64,000 nucleotides of DNA from Azolla caroliniana (lineage: Eukaryota; Plantae; Polypodiophyta), in NCBI GenBank assembly GCA_043228905.1, contig JBHGNT010000020.1:3720001-3784000 (forward strand). Direction: 5' to 3'. Positions 13,046 through 24,364 of the stretch are shown one piece after another. Each line of letters starts with the position of its first letter. Within the stretch, counting starts at the first letter, position 1. A model generated the notes under the pieces. That model was given only the letters and a program-made list of their open reading frames with translations. It was not told the origin of the DNA and did no database searches. The translations under genes and the position numbers were made by a program.

Positions 13046-15421
13046 TGAAAGTTCGCGGAAATTTATGTATGAGAATCTGTCTTTGTGTTCAGCAAACAAC
13101 ACAGAAGGAAGGCAAGAGAATACAACAGAAGATAGACACGGTTTAAGCTTTAATGGAAGCTTTGTTATTACGCTCTCTCTCTCTCTCTCTCTCTGTCTCT
13201 CTTAGAGATCGCTATACAAGATGATCAAGAAGTTCTATATCTCTCTTCCTTTTACACCGTTAGGTTATTGCTTATGTGCTAAGCCCTAACTCTTTGGACG
13301 AGTTCACACTAGGATACAAATAGGAAGGAGTCGGCCTTTTATGCCAACAAACTCCCATGTAAAAGGACTGCTCTTTCGTGCATGTACAGGTGTTTCGGGT
13401 TATATCCCCCGTAAATCTAGATTACAAAATTATTCTAAATTTATATTTACAAGTCAGCCGGCATGTGGCTGAGTTAGTAGAGACGTGTTCAATATCTTGC
13501 CTGGTTCGGCTAGTCAATCAGATTGACTTGTCTGAGTTGATCTGTTTGACTTACCTTCTGCTCCTTGTTCGGCCTTCTTCTGCTCGGTCTCTTGTCGCAA
13601 TCCCATCTTTGTCCTTAGTGCTCCGAAGCATTGATCTGGGAGTGGTTTCGTCAAGCAATCAACGATGTTCAGCTCGGTGTCGATCTTCCGGGCTTCGAGT
13701 TCCTTTTTAGTTATGAGCTCCTGGATGTGATGATACCGCACCTCAATATTCTTTGTCTTTGTGTGATATACAAGATTTTTGATGAGGTGAATTGTGCTCT
13801 ATGAGTCACAATAGATGGTCGGTTGATTTGGCTTGTAGTTGAGAAGTCAGCAGATAGTTGGTGCATCTAGATCGCTTACTTCGTTGCCTTCGATGCTGCT
13901 ATATGCTTGGCCTCTGTGGTCGATAGAGTTGTGCACTCTTGAAGTTTCGACCTCCATGATATCGCACTGCCACTATAGGTGAATATGTAGCCTGATGTCG
14001 ACTTCCGATTGTCCGTATTTCCAACATAGTCGGAGTCAGTGTAACCTTCGACTTTGGTTGAGATTGTCGAACCAAAAGTCAGCTTTGTATCCATGGTTCC
14101 ATTTAGATACCTAAGAATGTGCTTGACGGCGTACCAATGCTTTCGTCCTTGGTTTGACATGTACCAGCTAACTACCCCTACGACATAGGCTAGGTCGTGT
14201 CGGGTCGCCACCATTGCGTACATGATACTTCCTATGGCCGATGCGTAGGCCATCTTCCCATTAAGCTCTCTCTCCTTGTCCGTTGAAGGAGAGTCTCTGT
14301 CCGATAGTCAGATCAACGTCGGAAGCAGTGTTGGTGTTGACTTCACATTCTCCATGTTGAAGAGTTTCAGCACCTTCCAGATGTAGTCGGACTGGGAGAG
14401 TCGTAGAAACTTTGTTGTCCGACTTTGCTCGATCCTCATGCCCAGTATGTGACAGGCTTGTCTAAGTTCCTTTCATCGTGAACTTATCATGAAGGTTCCA
14501 CTTTAGCTTCCTTAATTCTGTTTGATTGCTACTTGCAATCAACATGTCGTCGATATATAGGATTAGATAAATCCTAGACTCATCAACCAGTTGCTGAATG
14601 TACATACATGGGTCAGAGTTTGATCGGCGGTATCCAAATTGCTTGATGAAGGAGTCAAACTTCTGGTACCACATCCTTGGTGCCTGTTTCAAGCCATAGA
14701 GATTTTTCTTCAATTGACAAACGAGGTGACTTTCCTCCCCTGTCGCCGTGAAACCTGCCGGTTGAGATGTATGTAGATGTGTTCTTCTAGATCTTCATGT
14801 AAGAATGTCGTCTTTACGTCCATCTGTTCAAGCTCTAGATCTTTTGTCGCCACAACTCCTAGTAAGAGTCGGAGGGTGGTCATCTTGACTACTGGTGAGA
14901 ATATCTCATCGTAGTCGACCAAATGTTCTTGTTTGAACCCTTTCACGACAAGCTGAGCTTTGTACTTGGCTTTCTCTGAGTCGGATACATATTTGTATCG
15001 GAAAACCCATTTGCAAGGTAGAGGTTTTCTTCCAGTTGGTAGTTCAACCAGCTCCCATGTGTTGTTCTCTCTAATCGAGTTCATTTCGGATTTCATGGCT
15101 TGCAGCCATGTGTCGGCATCCGATGCGGCCATAGCTTCGTTGTATGTGCTTGGTTCGCCTGCATCGGTGTAGTTTACGTAGTCGAGGCCTGGTTGATAAA
15201 ACTTTGTTGGCCTTCGAGCTCGTCCAAATCTCCTAGGTGCCGAAACGAGTGGTTTGGATCCTTCGATCGTCTCTGTTGATCGATCGACATTTGTTGAGCC
15301 ACTTGTGTTTGGAGTCTTGTTGGTTGACCCACCCCCATGTTGGGAGTTCAGCAGTGTGTTAATCCTAGGGCCAGACAACAGCCTAACACAGGGTGTCCAC
15401 TTAAGACACTTCACCAAAGGG
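13046..15421 (-). mobile_element. 3' part of a degenerate Copia (RT-RNase H plus probable 3' LTR ~13046-13492), interrupted by Gypsy D
   Basis: EPSTYNEAM, YKAQLVVKGF, YGLKQAPR, LYIDDML, GYTDSDY motifs in ORFs 13514-15417. Confidence 0.8.
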
Positions 15422-15814
15422 TGTTACGGTAGAATGACTTACGACACAACGTTTAATTAGACCTTAATCGATTACTTAGCAATACATCATTAACACGTGT
15501 AAGATATACAATAAGCACAGAACGATAATCAATACTGAAAGATTAAGGCAATACGTTCTATTAATTATCCGCTGTCAATTACATTGTAACCGGGCCTTTA
15601 TTTAGGTCTCTGGTGCGAAGTACAAACGGTGCCAACCGGCACCTTTTTGGGATCGGTCCGGATCCGGATCGGCATACCGATTCCGGTCCGTCCGTCCACA
15701 TCTTCTCATATATTAATATATATTAAGATTACTAATTACAACAGTTCCTGAATAAACTATTCCTTTCACACTCTGGTTTGGACCTCCTTAAGCCTTCTTG
15801 CTAGTCGGGTAACA
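15422..15814 (-). repeat. 3' LTR of Gypsy D (393 bp)
   Basis: TGTTAC...GTAACA inverted termini; no partner LTR in the window. Confidence 0.8.
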
Positions 15815-15816
15815 CA

Positions 15817-15855
15817 TGGCACGCCCGTGGGACAGTACCTTGTACGTCGAACCCA
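15817..15855 (-). other. tRNA-Arg-like hairpin ending in CCA at the PPT position of D
   Basis: Minus strand TGGGTTCGACGTACAAGGTACTGTCCCACGGGCGTGCCA, then TG, then the LTR; homologous to 38754-38793. Confidence 0.75.
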
Positions 15856-16876
15856 TTATCCGGCCCTGTTACGCTTCGTCCAGAATGTCCAGAATGCTTT
15901 GCTCCAGAATTTCTAATGGCTCGTCGGGAACTTGTTGTTGTTGTTGTGGCTATTGCGGTGGCTGCTCTGTTTGTGCCTTCTCCGTTTGGGGCTGCTGCTC
16001 CGTTTGTTGCTCTGGCACCGACGTTTCCTTCGCTGTCTCCTTCGTCGGAGTTGTCGCTGGTTGACTGATCCCGGCCTGGTCCCCGTCTAGTCCTTGTACC
16101 GGAGACGATTCCTCATCACTAAGGTTGACCGTTGCCGCCTTCCTTGCTTTTTCTTCCCGGATCCGGGACTGCTCATAGCTCTCAAACTGAATTTGGGCCT
16201 CCAGCCGATCTTCGTCCAGTGGAGCTACGAGCTGTCGGACCTGCACCAATTGTTCATCCGCCAGGGTTGTGAAATCTTCGGCTAGCTTATCCCTTATGGC
16301 TGTGAAGTCCTCCGACGTCAGCTTATAACAGTCGTCACCCTCCTTCCGCCGGTTTTCCACGTTCCCCCTAAGCAATTGGAGTTCCGCCGTATTCTGCGCC
16401 CATTTCGTCCACCATCGCACAGAGCTTTCGTCAATCACGCTTTTGGTCTTGGTGAGCCATGACCGGAGGATGCACTGGATCCGTTCGGTTCCCATCCATG
16501 ATTTGTTCTCCGCGGCTTGTCGCTCCTCTTTCAATTGCTTGATGATTCTGACCGTGTCTGCCTCCTGCTCCCTATAATGCGACAATTGACTTTGATAGGT
16601 TGTTTGCAACCTCTATAATACGATTGTCGCTCTTTCCTTTTCTTCATGGTTCTGTTTGTGGAGCTCCATCCGGTCCATCGCCGCTTCCTCCAATAGCTTG
16701 GAACTCTCAGCTCGTTCGTCGACAAGTGCCGTTGTGGCCCTATCAACTTCTTGCCGGAGCTCGGCCATCCATTCCTGCTGTTTCTTATACTCCGCCTCCA
16801 ACTGCTTGTAGTCCTGGTGCAGATGATCAAAATCATCGGTCTTCTGCTTCAGCCTTTGGTTGATCTGCCAGCGCGC
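15856..16876 (-). pseudogene. C-terminal part of the Gypsy D extra coiled-coil ORF
   Basis: WWTKWAQNTAELQLLRG matches C WKLWTAQAAELQLLRA; in-frame stops. Confidence 0.8.
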
Positions 16877-17606
16877 TGTCGTGAAGAAAACCGTCCCCAG
16901 GCACAAACCGTGTATAGTGTGTGTGAACCGGCCCTTACACGTGGGCACGTCCCTTGTTGTATAGTAGATGGGTAGGCACAAAGGTTAAATCGTAGGTAGC
17001 AATATTCTGTAAGGGAAATCAAGGAGTATCTCTGTCCGAAAGGACAGAGAATTAATGTGATGTAAACGGGTAAGACGGCCTCCCTCCTTGACCTATAAAA
17101 GAGAGGGAGACGGGGAGAGAAGGGTATCGCGCGCTAGAGGGAACGAAGTGCTGTCGGACTGGGACCGAGCTCTTCTTCTCTGTCGTTCTCCATAGACTTC
17201 TTTTGCGCAGGCTCTTAGGAGGCTGATTCTGCTCCGTGGAACGCCCGTGTGCTTCCGGCAAAATCTCCATCTCGCTCTTCTGTTTGTGTGAGTGAACAGG
17301 CTTCAGTGTTCGCCTTGCCGTCCTGTTAGTTGTAACCGTCTCGATATATATACTTATATTAATATACATACGTGTTCATATACTCAGACTTCTAGTCGTC
17401 TCGTTTTGCTGTGTTGTTGGACTGTGATTCCTATGTGCTCCCGTGTCTGTGCGTGTGTAAGAGCGTCCGTTGCCTTTCCGCTCTCCTCCTTCTTAGCTAT
17501 TTCTTGGTCCAAGACCCCGGTGGTCCCGCCTTGTTCCCCACGCACGCGCGTAACAACGCGACATATTTGGTGAACCCGACGTGAACAGGCGGCAGAGGAA
17601 TAGAAG

Positions 17607-19127
17607 ATGAGGGGGTCGGACCTTGCAGAAGCCATGGCTTCGGCTGTAGACCGTATAGTGAGTGTGCGCGACGGCACTGGCGCCCTTGATAGGGCTATCG
17701 AGGCGGTTGTCGGTACGATCGACCGGTTTAGTGGAAAGGATGCCACTAGCTACTTGGCGTCCTACCGGGCTGAGATGTTAATGAGGGACATTCCGGAAGA
17801 GAGCCGTCTAGCCGGATTCCCTCGAGTGGCGATGCCGGGTATCCATACGGAGGTGCTCGAGGTACGGGCCGAGAGCCGGACTTGGGAGGAGTTCGAAGGT
17901 CGGCTCCTCGAAAGATACGGGCTTGAAGATGCGCTTCGACTTTCGAAGCGGGACTTCATGGAGTGGGTGGAGACCCCCGACAAAGGAAGGAACGCGTCAG
18001 TGCTCCTTCGGGAGTTTGAGGAACGCTTCCGCGCCTCTCGGTACTTGACTGGACCGTTCTGGACACAAGGCGTGTCCTATTGTTTGTTAAGTCGGTTGAT
18101 GAGCGGGATCGGGAGCAGGTAGGCCTCCTGTTGGAGACTGATGACGAGCTGACGGCCGACTGGGCCGTGGTGAAAAGGGTCTGTGGCCGTTTCGACAAAC
18201 GGCGGGAATGGGTTGACAAAGGATCGACAGGGGCGGGCTCTGTCGCAGCAAGGAAGCTCGAGCCAACACCACCAACGCGAAGGGAAGAGACCCGAGATTG
18301 GCTCGAGACCGGGTCGGCTTCAACCGGCATGGTCAAGGGCTCGTCCGGGGGAGCAACTCTGGAGGAGCTGACGCGGATGGTAAAGGATCTCCAGATCGCC
18401 CAAGCACGGAGGGATGGTGGCGAACAGGCCCGTGACCGATGACCTCTGGCTGAAAACAGGTGCATGTGGTGTGACGCGGTTGGGCACATCCGGAAGGACT
18501 GCGGGGACTTTGCCGAGGCGATGAGAAGCAACGTGGTATACTTGTGGAATGGTCGGGTGCACGCCAGCGAGACCCGAAGGGCCTTGAACCTGAACGTCGG
18601 GCGAGGGGGTATGAAAAGGCTAATGGAGGAGGCGGCAACTCGTCACGCGGAGATTGTCCATTACTCGGCGTCAGCTGGTATTCGGGTCGGAGGTGGCGAG
18701 GCCCCGAAGACGAACAAAGCCGGGTTCTGGCCGACGATGCTGGAAGGCCTCGCCGGCGCACGGCTAAGGAAAGAAGAAGTGGACCGTGCGGAAAAACGGG
18801 TCCGGGAGGTAACCGGGTGGAGTGACCCGGTGGAAGAAAAGACAAGCTTCGAAGCCGCTTGTCAAAACTACGAGGCTCTGGTGGAGGACAAGCGGGTGAG
18901 GGGCCGGGCCCTTGCAGCGATATGAAACTCGATTCGGGCAAAGACGGAATGAGGCCGGTGTAACTGTCGCCCAGGATAATCCCAAGAAGGGTGGGTACCA
19001 GCTGGGCACAGAAATCGAAAGATCCACGGACCTACGAAAGGTCCTGGAAGAACGAATCCTCGACAGCAAGGTGGAACTGTCGCTGAGGGAAGTGCTCGGG
19101 ATCGCCAAGAAGGAGTTCCATGACTCC
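17607..19127 (+). pseudogene. gag: Gypsy F gag (N-terminal part, frameshifted)
   Basis: CMWCDAVGHIRKDC knuckle; reading continues at 40276 after removing E. Confidence 0.85.
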
Positions 19128-19610
19128 TGACGGGAACCCAACGATCCTTATGCGCGACGCTCGGCCACAACCGAGCGTAGAATGATACACAGAAAACAAG
19201 AAATAAAACACGACACAAAGGAGAGGAAGATACACACACACTACACAGGAGGTTTACGTGGAAAACCCCAAACTAGGGGAAAAAACCACGGCAGTCCACA
19301 GGCTGCAAACTGTCACTATGTAAGAATGTACAAAACAGTGAGTCCACGGAGGCAACGACCTCGTGCTCACGATCTTCGCCACAGGCGGCGGTTACAACAG
19401 AGGCAACGACCTCGATCTCTCTCTCTCTCTGTGCACAGTTACGCACTCTGATTTCGTGCAAAACAGAAAATGACAGCACATCCTAAAAGTTTGCCCTAAG
19501 TAATATTTATACTAATATGACCTTTTGGCTATTTACAAATATAGCCTCGATGGGCTCTCAGAAACATATTTACTAATATGTCTCTTCCTCCGGTTCTCAC
19601 CGGTTCTGCA

Positions 19611-19866
19611 CCATCCGGCTCTCCGTAGCCGGGTACTCCTCATCCGGTTCACACCGGGCCTGCACCATCCGGCTCTCCGTAGTCGGGTACTACTCATCCG
19701 GTTCACACCGGGCCTGTATCATCCGGCTCTCCGTAGCCGGGTACTCCTCATCCGGTTCACACCGGGCCTGTATCATCCGGCTCTCCGTAGCCGGGTACTC
19801 CTCATCCGGTTCACACCGGGCCTGTATCATCCGGCTCTCCGTAGCCGGGTACTCCTCATCCGGTTT
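19611..19866. repeat. 54-bp tandem repeat x5 in the Copia E LTR
   Basis: Unit CATCCGGCTCTCCGTAGCCGGGTACTCCTCATCCGGTTCACACCGGGCCTGTAT; also 5 copies at ~39931-40190. Confidence 0.95.
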
Positions 19867-19961
19867 CGGCCTCGGCCTATCGGCCTCGGTTGAGTTTGTT
19901 CGTCGGCACTGTTCTTCTCCCTTCCCATCCGGAGGGACCTGTCTCCCAACAAACTCCCCCT

Positions 19962-22900
19962 TCACTCCGGCATGGGGTGTCTTACCAATCCGATTCTCTT
20001 CCGGCATACATCCAGCTTGTCAGGTGTTAGCACTTTGGTCAGCATATCTGACCCGTTCTCGGCCGTGTGGATCTTCGTCAGTGCGAACTCCTCGTCATCT
20101 ACTCTTTCCCGGATCCAGTGATACCTCTGTTGGATATGCTTTGTCCGGGAATGGGAGGCCGCATTTTTAGCAAGGTGGATGGCACTTTGACTGTCGCAAT
20201 AGAGTCGGTATTCCTCTTGCCGTATACCGAGCTCTCCGATGAAGTCCTTCATCCATAAAATTTCCTTGCCGGCTTCCACAGCCGTCATGTACTCCGCCTC
20301 CGTGGTTGACAATGCAACCGTCTTCTGCAGCCACGACTGCCACGAAACAGCTCCCCCTGCATATGTCATTACATACCCGGATGTAGACCGGCTGGTATCC
20401 ACATCAGCCGACATGTCCGAATCGGTGAAACCGTCCAGTTGAGGTTTTCCGGAGCCGAATCGGAGACACATATTTGAAGTGCCCTTCAAATACCGGAGTA
20501 TCCATTTGACTGCGTTCCAGTGCTCCTTGCCGGGATTACTCATGAACCAGCTCACCACTCCGACTGCGTGTCCAATATCCCGTCGGGTACAAACCATTGC
20601 GTACATCAAGCTCCCGACGGCAGACGCATATGGAATCTTCATCATATCTGCCTTCTCTCCTTTCGTCTTCAGGCTTTGCTTGCCGGATAGCTTGCAGTTT
20701 CCCGGAAGTGCCGATCCGACTGGTTTCGCATCTGACATGTTGAACCGGTGAAGCACCTTTGTCACGTACTTCTCCTGTGAGAGCCATAATTGCTTCACTG
20801 ACCGGTCCCGAATGATGTGCATCCCCAGCATCTGTCTTGTTGGACCCAAGTCTTTCATTGAGAAGGTCCGGTTGAGAGCCTTCTTTAGCATCCATATTTT
20901 AACTTGGTCCCGTCCGACGATCAACATGTCATCCACGTACAGGAGGAGTATCAGGAAGTCCCCTCCTTCGAACTTCTTCACAAACACGCAGTGATCGGCC
21001 TGCGTCTTTTGGTACCCTTGATCTGTCATGAAGGAGTCGAACTTCCGATACCATTGCCGGGGAGCCTGCTTCAGTCCGTATAGGCTCTTCTTCAACCGGC
21101 ATACCAGGTGCTCCTTCCCTTTCTCCACAAATTCTTCCGGTTGCTGCATGTAGATCTCCTCTTCGAGGTCGCCGTGAAGGAATGTCGTCTTCACGTCTAG
21201 CTGCTCTACCTCGAGGTCCATGCTTGCTGCTATACTCAGCACCGTCCGGATGGAGATCATCTTTACTACCAGGGCAATTATCTCGTCGGAGTCCACGCCC
21301 TTCTTCTGCTGGAACCCCTTCACCACGATCCTGGCTTTGTATCTCAGGGGGTTGCCGGCATCTCCCGGTTTCAACTTGTACACCCACTTGTTTCGGAGTG
21401 CCCGCTTTCCTTTGGCAGCTCCACCAATTCGTACGTATGGTTCTCATGTAGGGAATCCATCTCATCCTGCATGGCACTTAACCATTTTCGGCTGTGGGTG
21501 TCTTCCTTCGCTTCTTCGAAGCTTTCCGGCTCCCCCTCATCGGTCAGCAGAACATGCTCTGCATCCGGAAATCTCCGGGGCGCCCTTCTCTCTCTAAGAG
21601 GATATCTACGTCTTCGGGCTTCGGTAACTGGCTCCTCCATTTGCTCTTCATCCAAATCCGATTCGGGGTCTTGGTCGGTTCTGGTCTCAGCTTCCTCTAC
21701 TTCTTTTTCTGTCGGTTCGGTATCCTCACCGTAATCGGTTGGTTCCTCGAGTGCTAACCGGTCTCTTGCCGGTTGGGTCTGCTCATCGTAGAGTCTATCC
21801 TTACCGGTCGACTCGGAGTTCATTATCTTCTTCTCCGACTCCCAGTCGGCGAGCGTCTTGTCCTCCATGAAGATAATATCTCGACTCCGGAGTACCTTCT
21901 TGTCGACCGGGTCCCACACTCGGCAGCCGAACTCATCGTCACCATAACCGAGGAATATGCATGGCCGGGTCTTTGGATCTAACTTTCCTCTCCGGTCCTT
22001 TGCTACATGCACGTACGCGAGACACCCGAACACCCTCAGATGCCGGTAGGACACTTCCTTACCGGTCCATACTCTCTGTGGCATGTCTCCGTCCAAGGGT
22101 ACTGAGGGTGATCTGTTTATCACATATGTCGCTGTCGACAGTGCCTCAGCCCAAAACTTCTTGGGTAGTTTTGCATGCGCTAGCATACTCCGGACCCTCT
22201 CCATTATGGTCCGGTTCATCCTCTCGACCAGTCCGTTTAGTTCCGGCGTCTTCGGCACGGTAAATTCGAGCCGGATTCCCTTCGAGCGGCAGTACTCCTC
22301 GAACTACCCCCGGTACTCTCCTCCGTTATCTGCTCGAACCGCCTTCAGCTTCCGGCCGGTTTCTCTTTCCACTCTCGCGTGGAGCTCTTTGAAGACGGAT
22401 AACACCTGATCCTTCGTCTTCAACGGTGTGGCCCACAGTTTTCGGCTGTGGTCATCTATGAACGTCACGAAGTACTGCGCTCTGGCATGTGACTTCGTGT
22501 CTACCTAACACACATCCGTATGCACCAACTCCAGTGGTGCAATACGTCTCATCGGTGGCCTTGGTCGGAAGGAGGTCCGGTTCTGCTTACCGGCCAGACA
22601 ATCAGTGCACTTCTCTAAGTGCACGTTCTTCACTGGAATGAGGTTGTCGTCTGCAAGCCTCTTCATCCCCTTCTCACTCATGTGACACAGCCTCTTGTGC
22701 CACAGCTCACCGGTAGTGTCGGATGCCACGTTCACTTCTTCCGGGCATAACCAGGCATTCATCAGGTACAACGTGTTTACCTTCCGGGCCCGAGCCACAA
22801 TCAGGCTCCCTTTGCTGAACTTCATGACACCGTTCCGGATGCTACCCGTGTAGCCTTCATCATCTAGCCGATCGGCTGATATCAGGTACAGACGAACTTC

Positions 22901-23849
22901 CGGAACGTGTCGGACATACTTCAGCAGCAACTTGCATCCGGTTGGTGTTGACAGCCACACGTCTCCTATGCCGATAATTCGGCATGTACCTTCATTCCCC
23001 ATCCAGACACAGCCGTGGTCACCGGCTGAGTAGGATGAGAAGCATTTCCGGTCTGGGGTAAGGTGGAACGACGCTCCAGAGTCTACCACCCAGGTCATCT
23101 CGTCGCCAGCAAGCTTTATCTCACTCTCCTCGGTGATGAGCATCAACTCTTCTTCACTTGCCGCGATTGTTGTCGTTCCCTTCCGGTCCGTCCCCTTCCG
23201 GTCTTTACCGTTCCGGTCCGGGGTTTGCTTCGAATCGGTATCGTCGGTTTCTTTGTCTTTGAAGCCGACAGTTCTTTTGGAAGTGTCCCGTCTTGCCGCA
23301 ATAGAAGCAAGTAGGCCTCCCCCTTGACTTTGACCGTGTCCCCAACTTCTCCCGGTTCTGGGGACTACGGTTTCTATGTCTTCCGCGTTCCGATTCGGTA
23401 AGAAGCGCTTTGGAGTCGGAGCTCGTATCTTTGTCTTTCCGACGCGCCTCCTCATCTAGCAAGCTCGACTTTACTCTTGCTAGGGATAACCGTTTTCCTT
23501 CCGTCCCGGCGTTGCCCAAAGTGACAACCAACGTCTCCCAGCTATCCGGGAGGGAACCGAGCAGGAGTAGCGCTAATACTTCATCGGCAAGAGATACTTC
23601 CAATGACGTTGCCTAGTGTATCAGCCCCTGGAAGGCATTCATATGCTCCGCCATGCTGGAGCCATCTTGGTACCGGAGTCTCACTAGCTTCCGGAATACC
23701 GAAACCTGATTAACAACATTTTTGTTTTGGAACATTATTCCGATCTTCTCCCAGAGCTCATGAGCCTTGCTCTCTTCATTGAAGTTGTTGTACAGGCTCA
23801 TGTCGATGAAGCACCGTATGTACGCCGTTGTCTTCATGTGCATCACCTC
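19962..23849 (-). pseudogene. gag-pol: Copia E gag-pol (N-terminus at 39257-39409)
   Basis: CFYCGKTGHFQKNC, WVVDSGAS, LELVHTDVC, YKARIV, LYVDDML, GFTDSD, RTKHI motifs; stops and frameshifts. Confidence 0.93.
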
Positions 23850-24316
23850 TGTTACCCGGACCCGGACAGTCAGTTTTAACGAACAAGTGGGAAAGCGTCG
23901 AAAACGGAGTCGGTTCGGATCGACTGTTCGGATCGATGACTCAGCAGTGAACGAAGAGAACTAAGTTAGTTAGATAATTTTGTAATTCTTGATAGTAAGT
24001 AGGAATAGTTCTTGATGAGAAAAGACCTTCGGTATACCTATAAAAGGGAACCGAAGGCATTGTAAGAAAGGTCGTTTATTTAGTAATATAAGTTTAAGTT
24101 AGGAATATCATGTACGGATTCTGTGTTCTTTCTATTGTCTATTTTGTTAAGTGCAATCTTCCTAATTTATAACTAAGTAACGATCACGGTAATTACCGAT
24201 TAATATAGTATATTTCTGTTCGTAAAACACAATTCCTTGTTAGAACGTTGAGTAGCGACGTTCACTCTTCTGTATCGGTAGTAGTTAGTAATTAGCCGAT
24301 TAACACAGAAGAAATT

Positions 24317-24329
24317 TGGCACGCCTGGT
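24317..24329 (+). promoter_or_regulatory. Candidate tRNA-Arg-type PBS of C, displaced 11 nt from the LTR
   Basis: TGGCACGCCTGGT follows LTR end plus CAGAAGAAATT. Confidence 0.55.
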
Positions 24330-24364
24330 TACATCTGCAATTAAGCAGAGAACAAATCGAATGG

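Noticed and set aside
15422-15833. A + strand element starting with LTR plus Arg PBS
   Set aside because: All following ORFs are minus-strand homologues of C's 3' end; treated as the 3' boundary of D
16871-16876. 6-bp TSD GCGCGC for F
   Set aside because: Only a 4-bp duplication restores the host frame and matches G
19611-19866. Regular repeats resembling a CRISPR array or repeat protein (ORF 19525-19893)
   Set aside because: Contiguous 54-bp tandem units with no unique spacers, inside a Copia LTR
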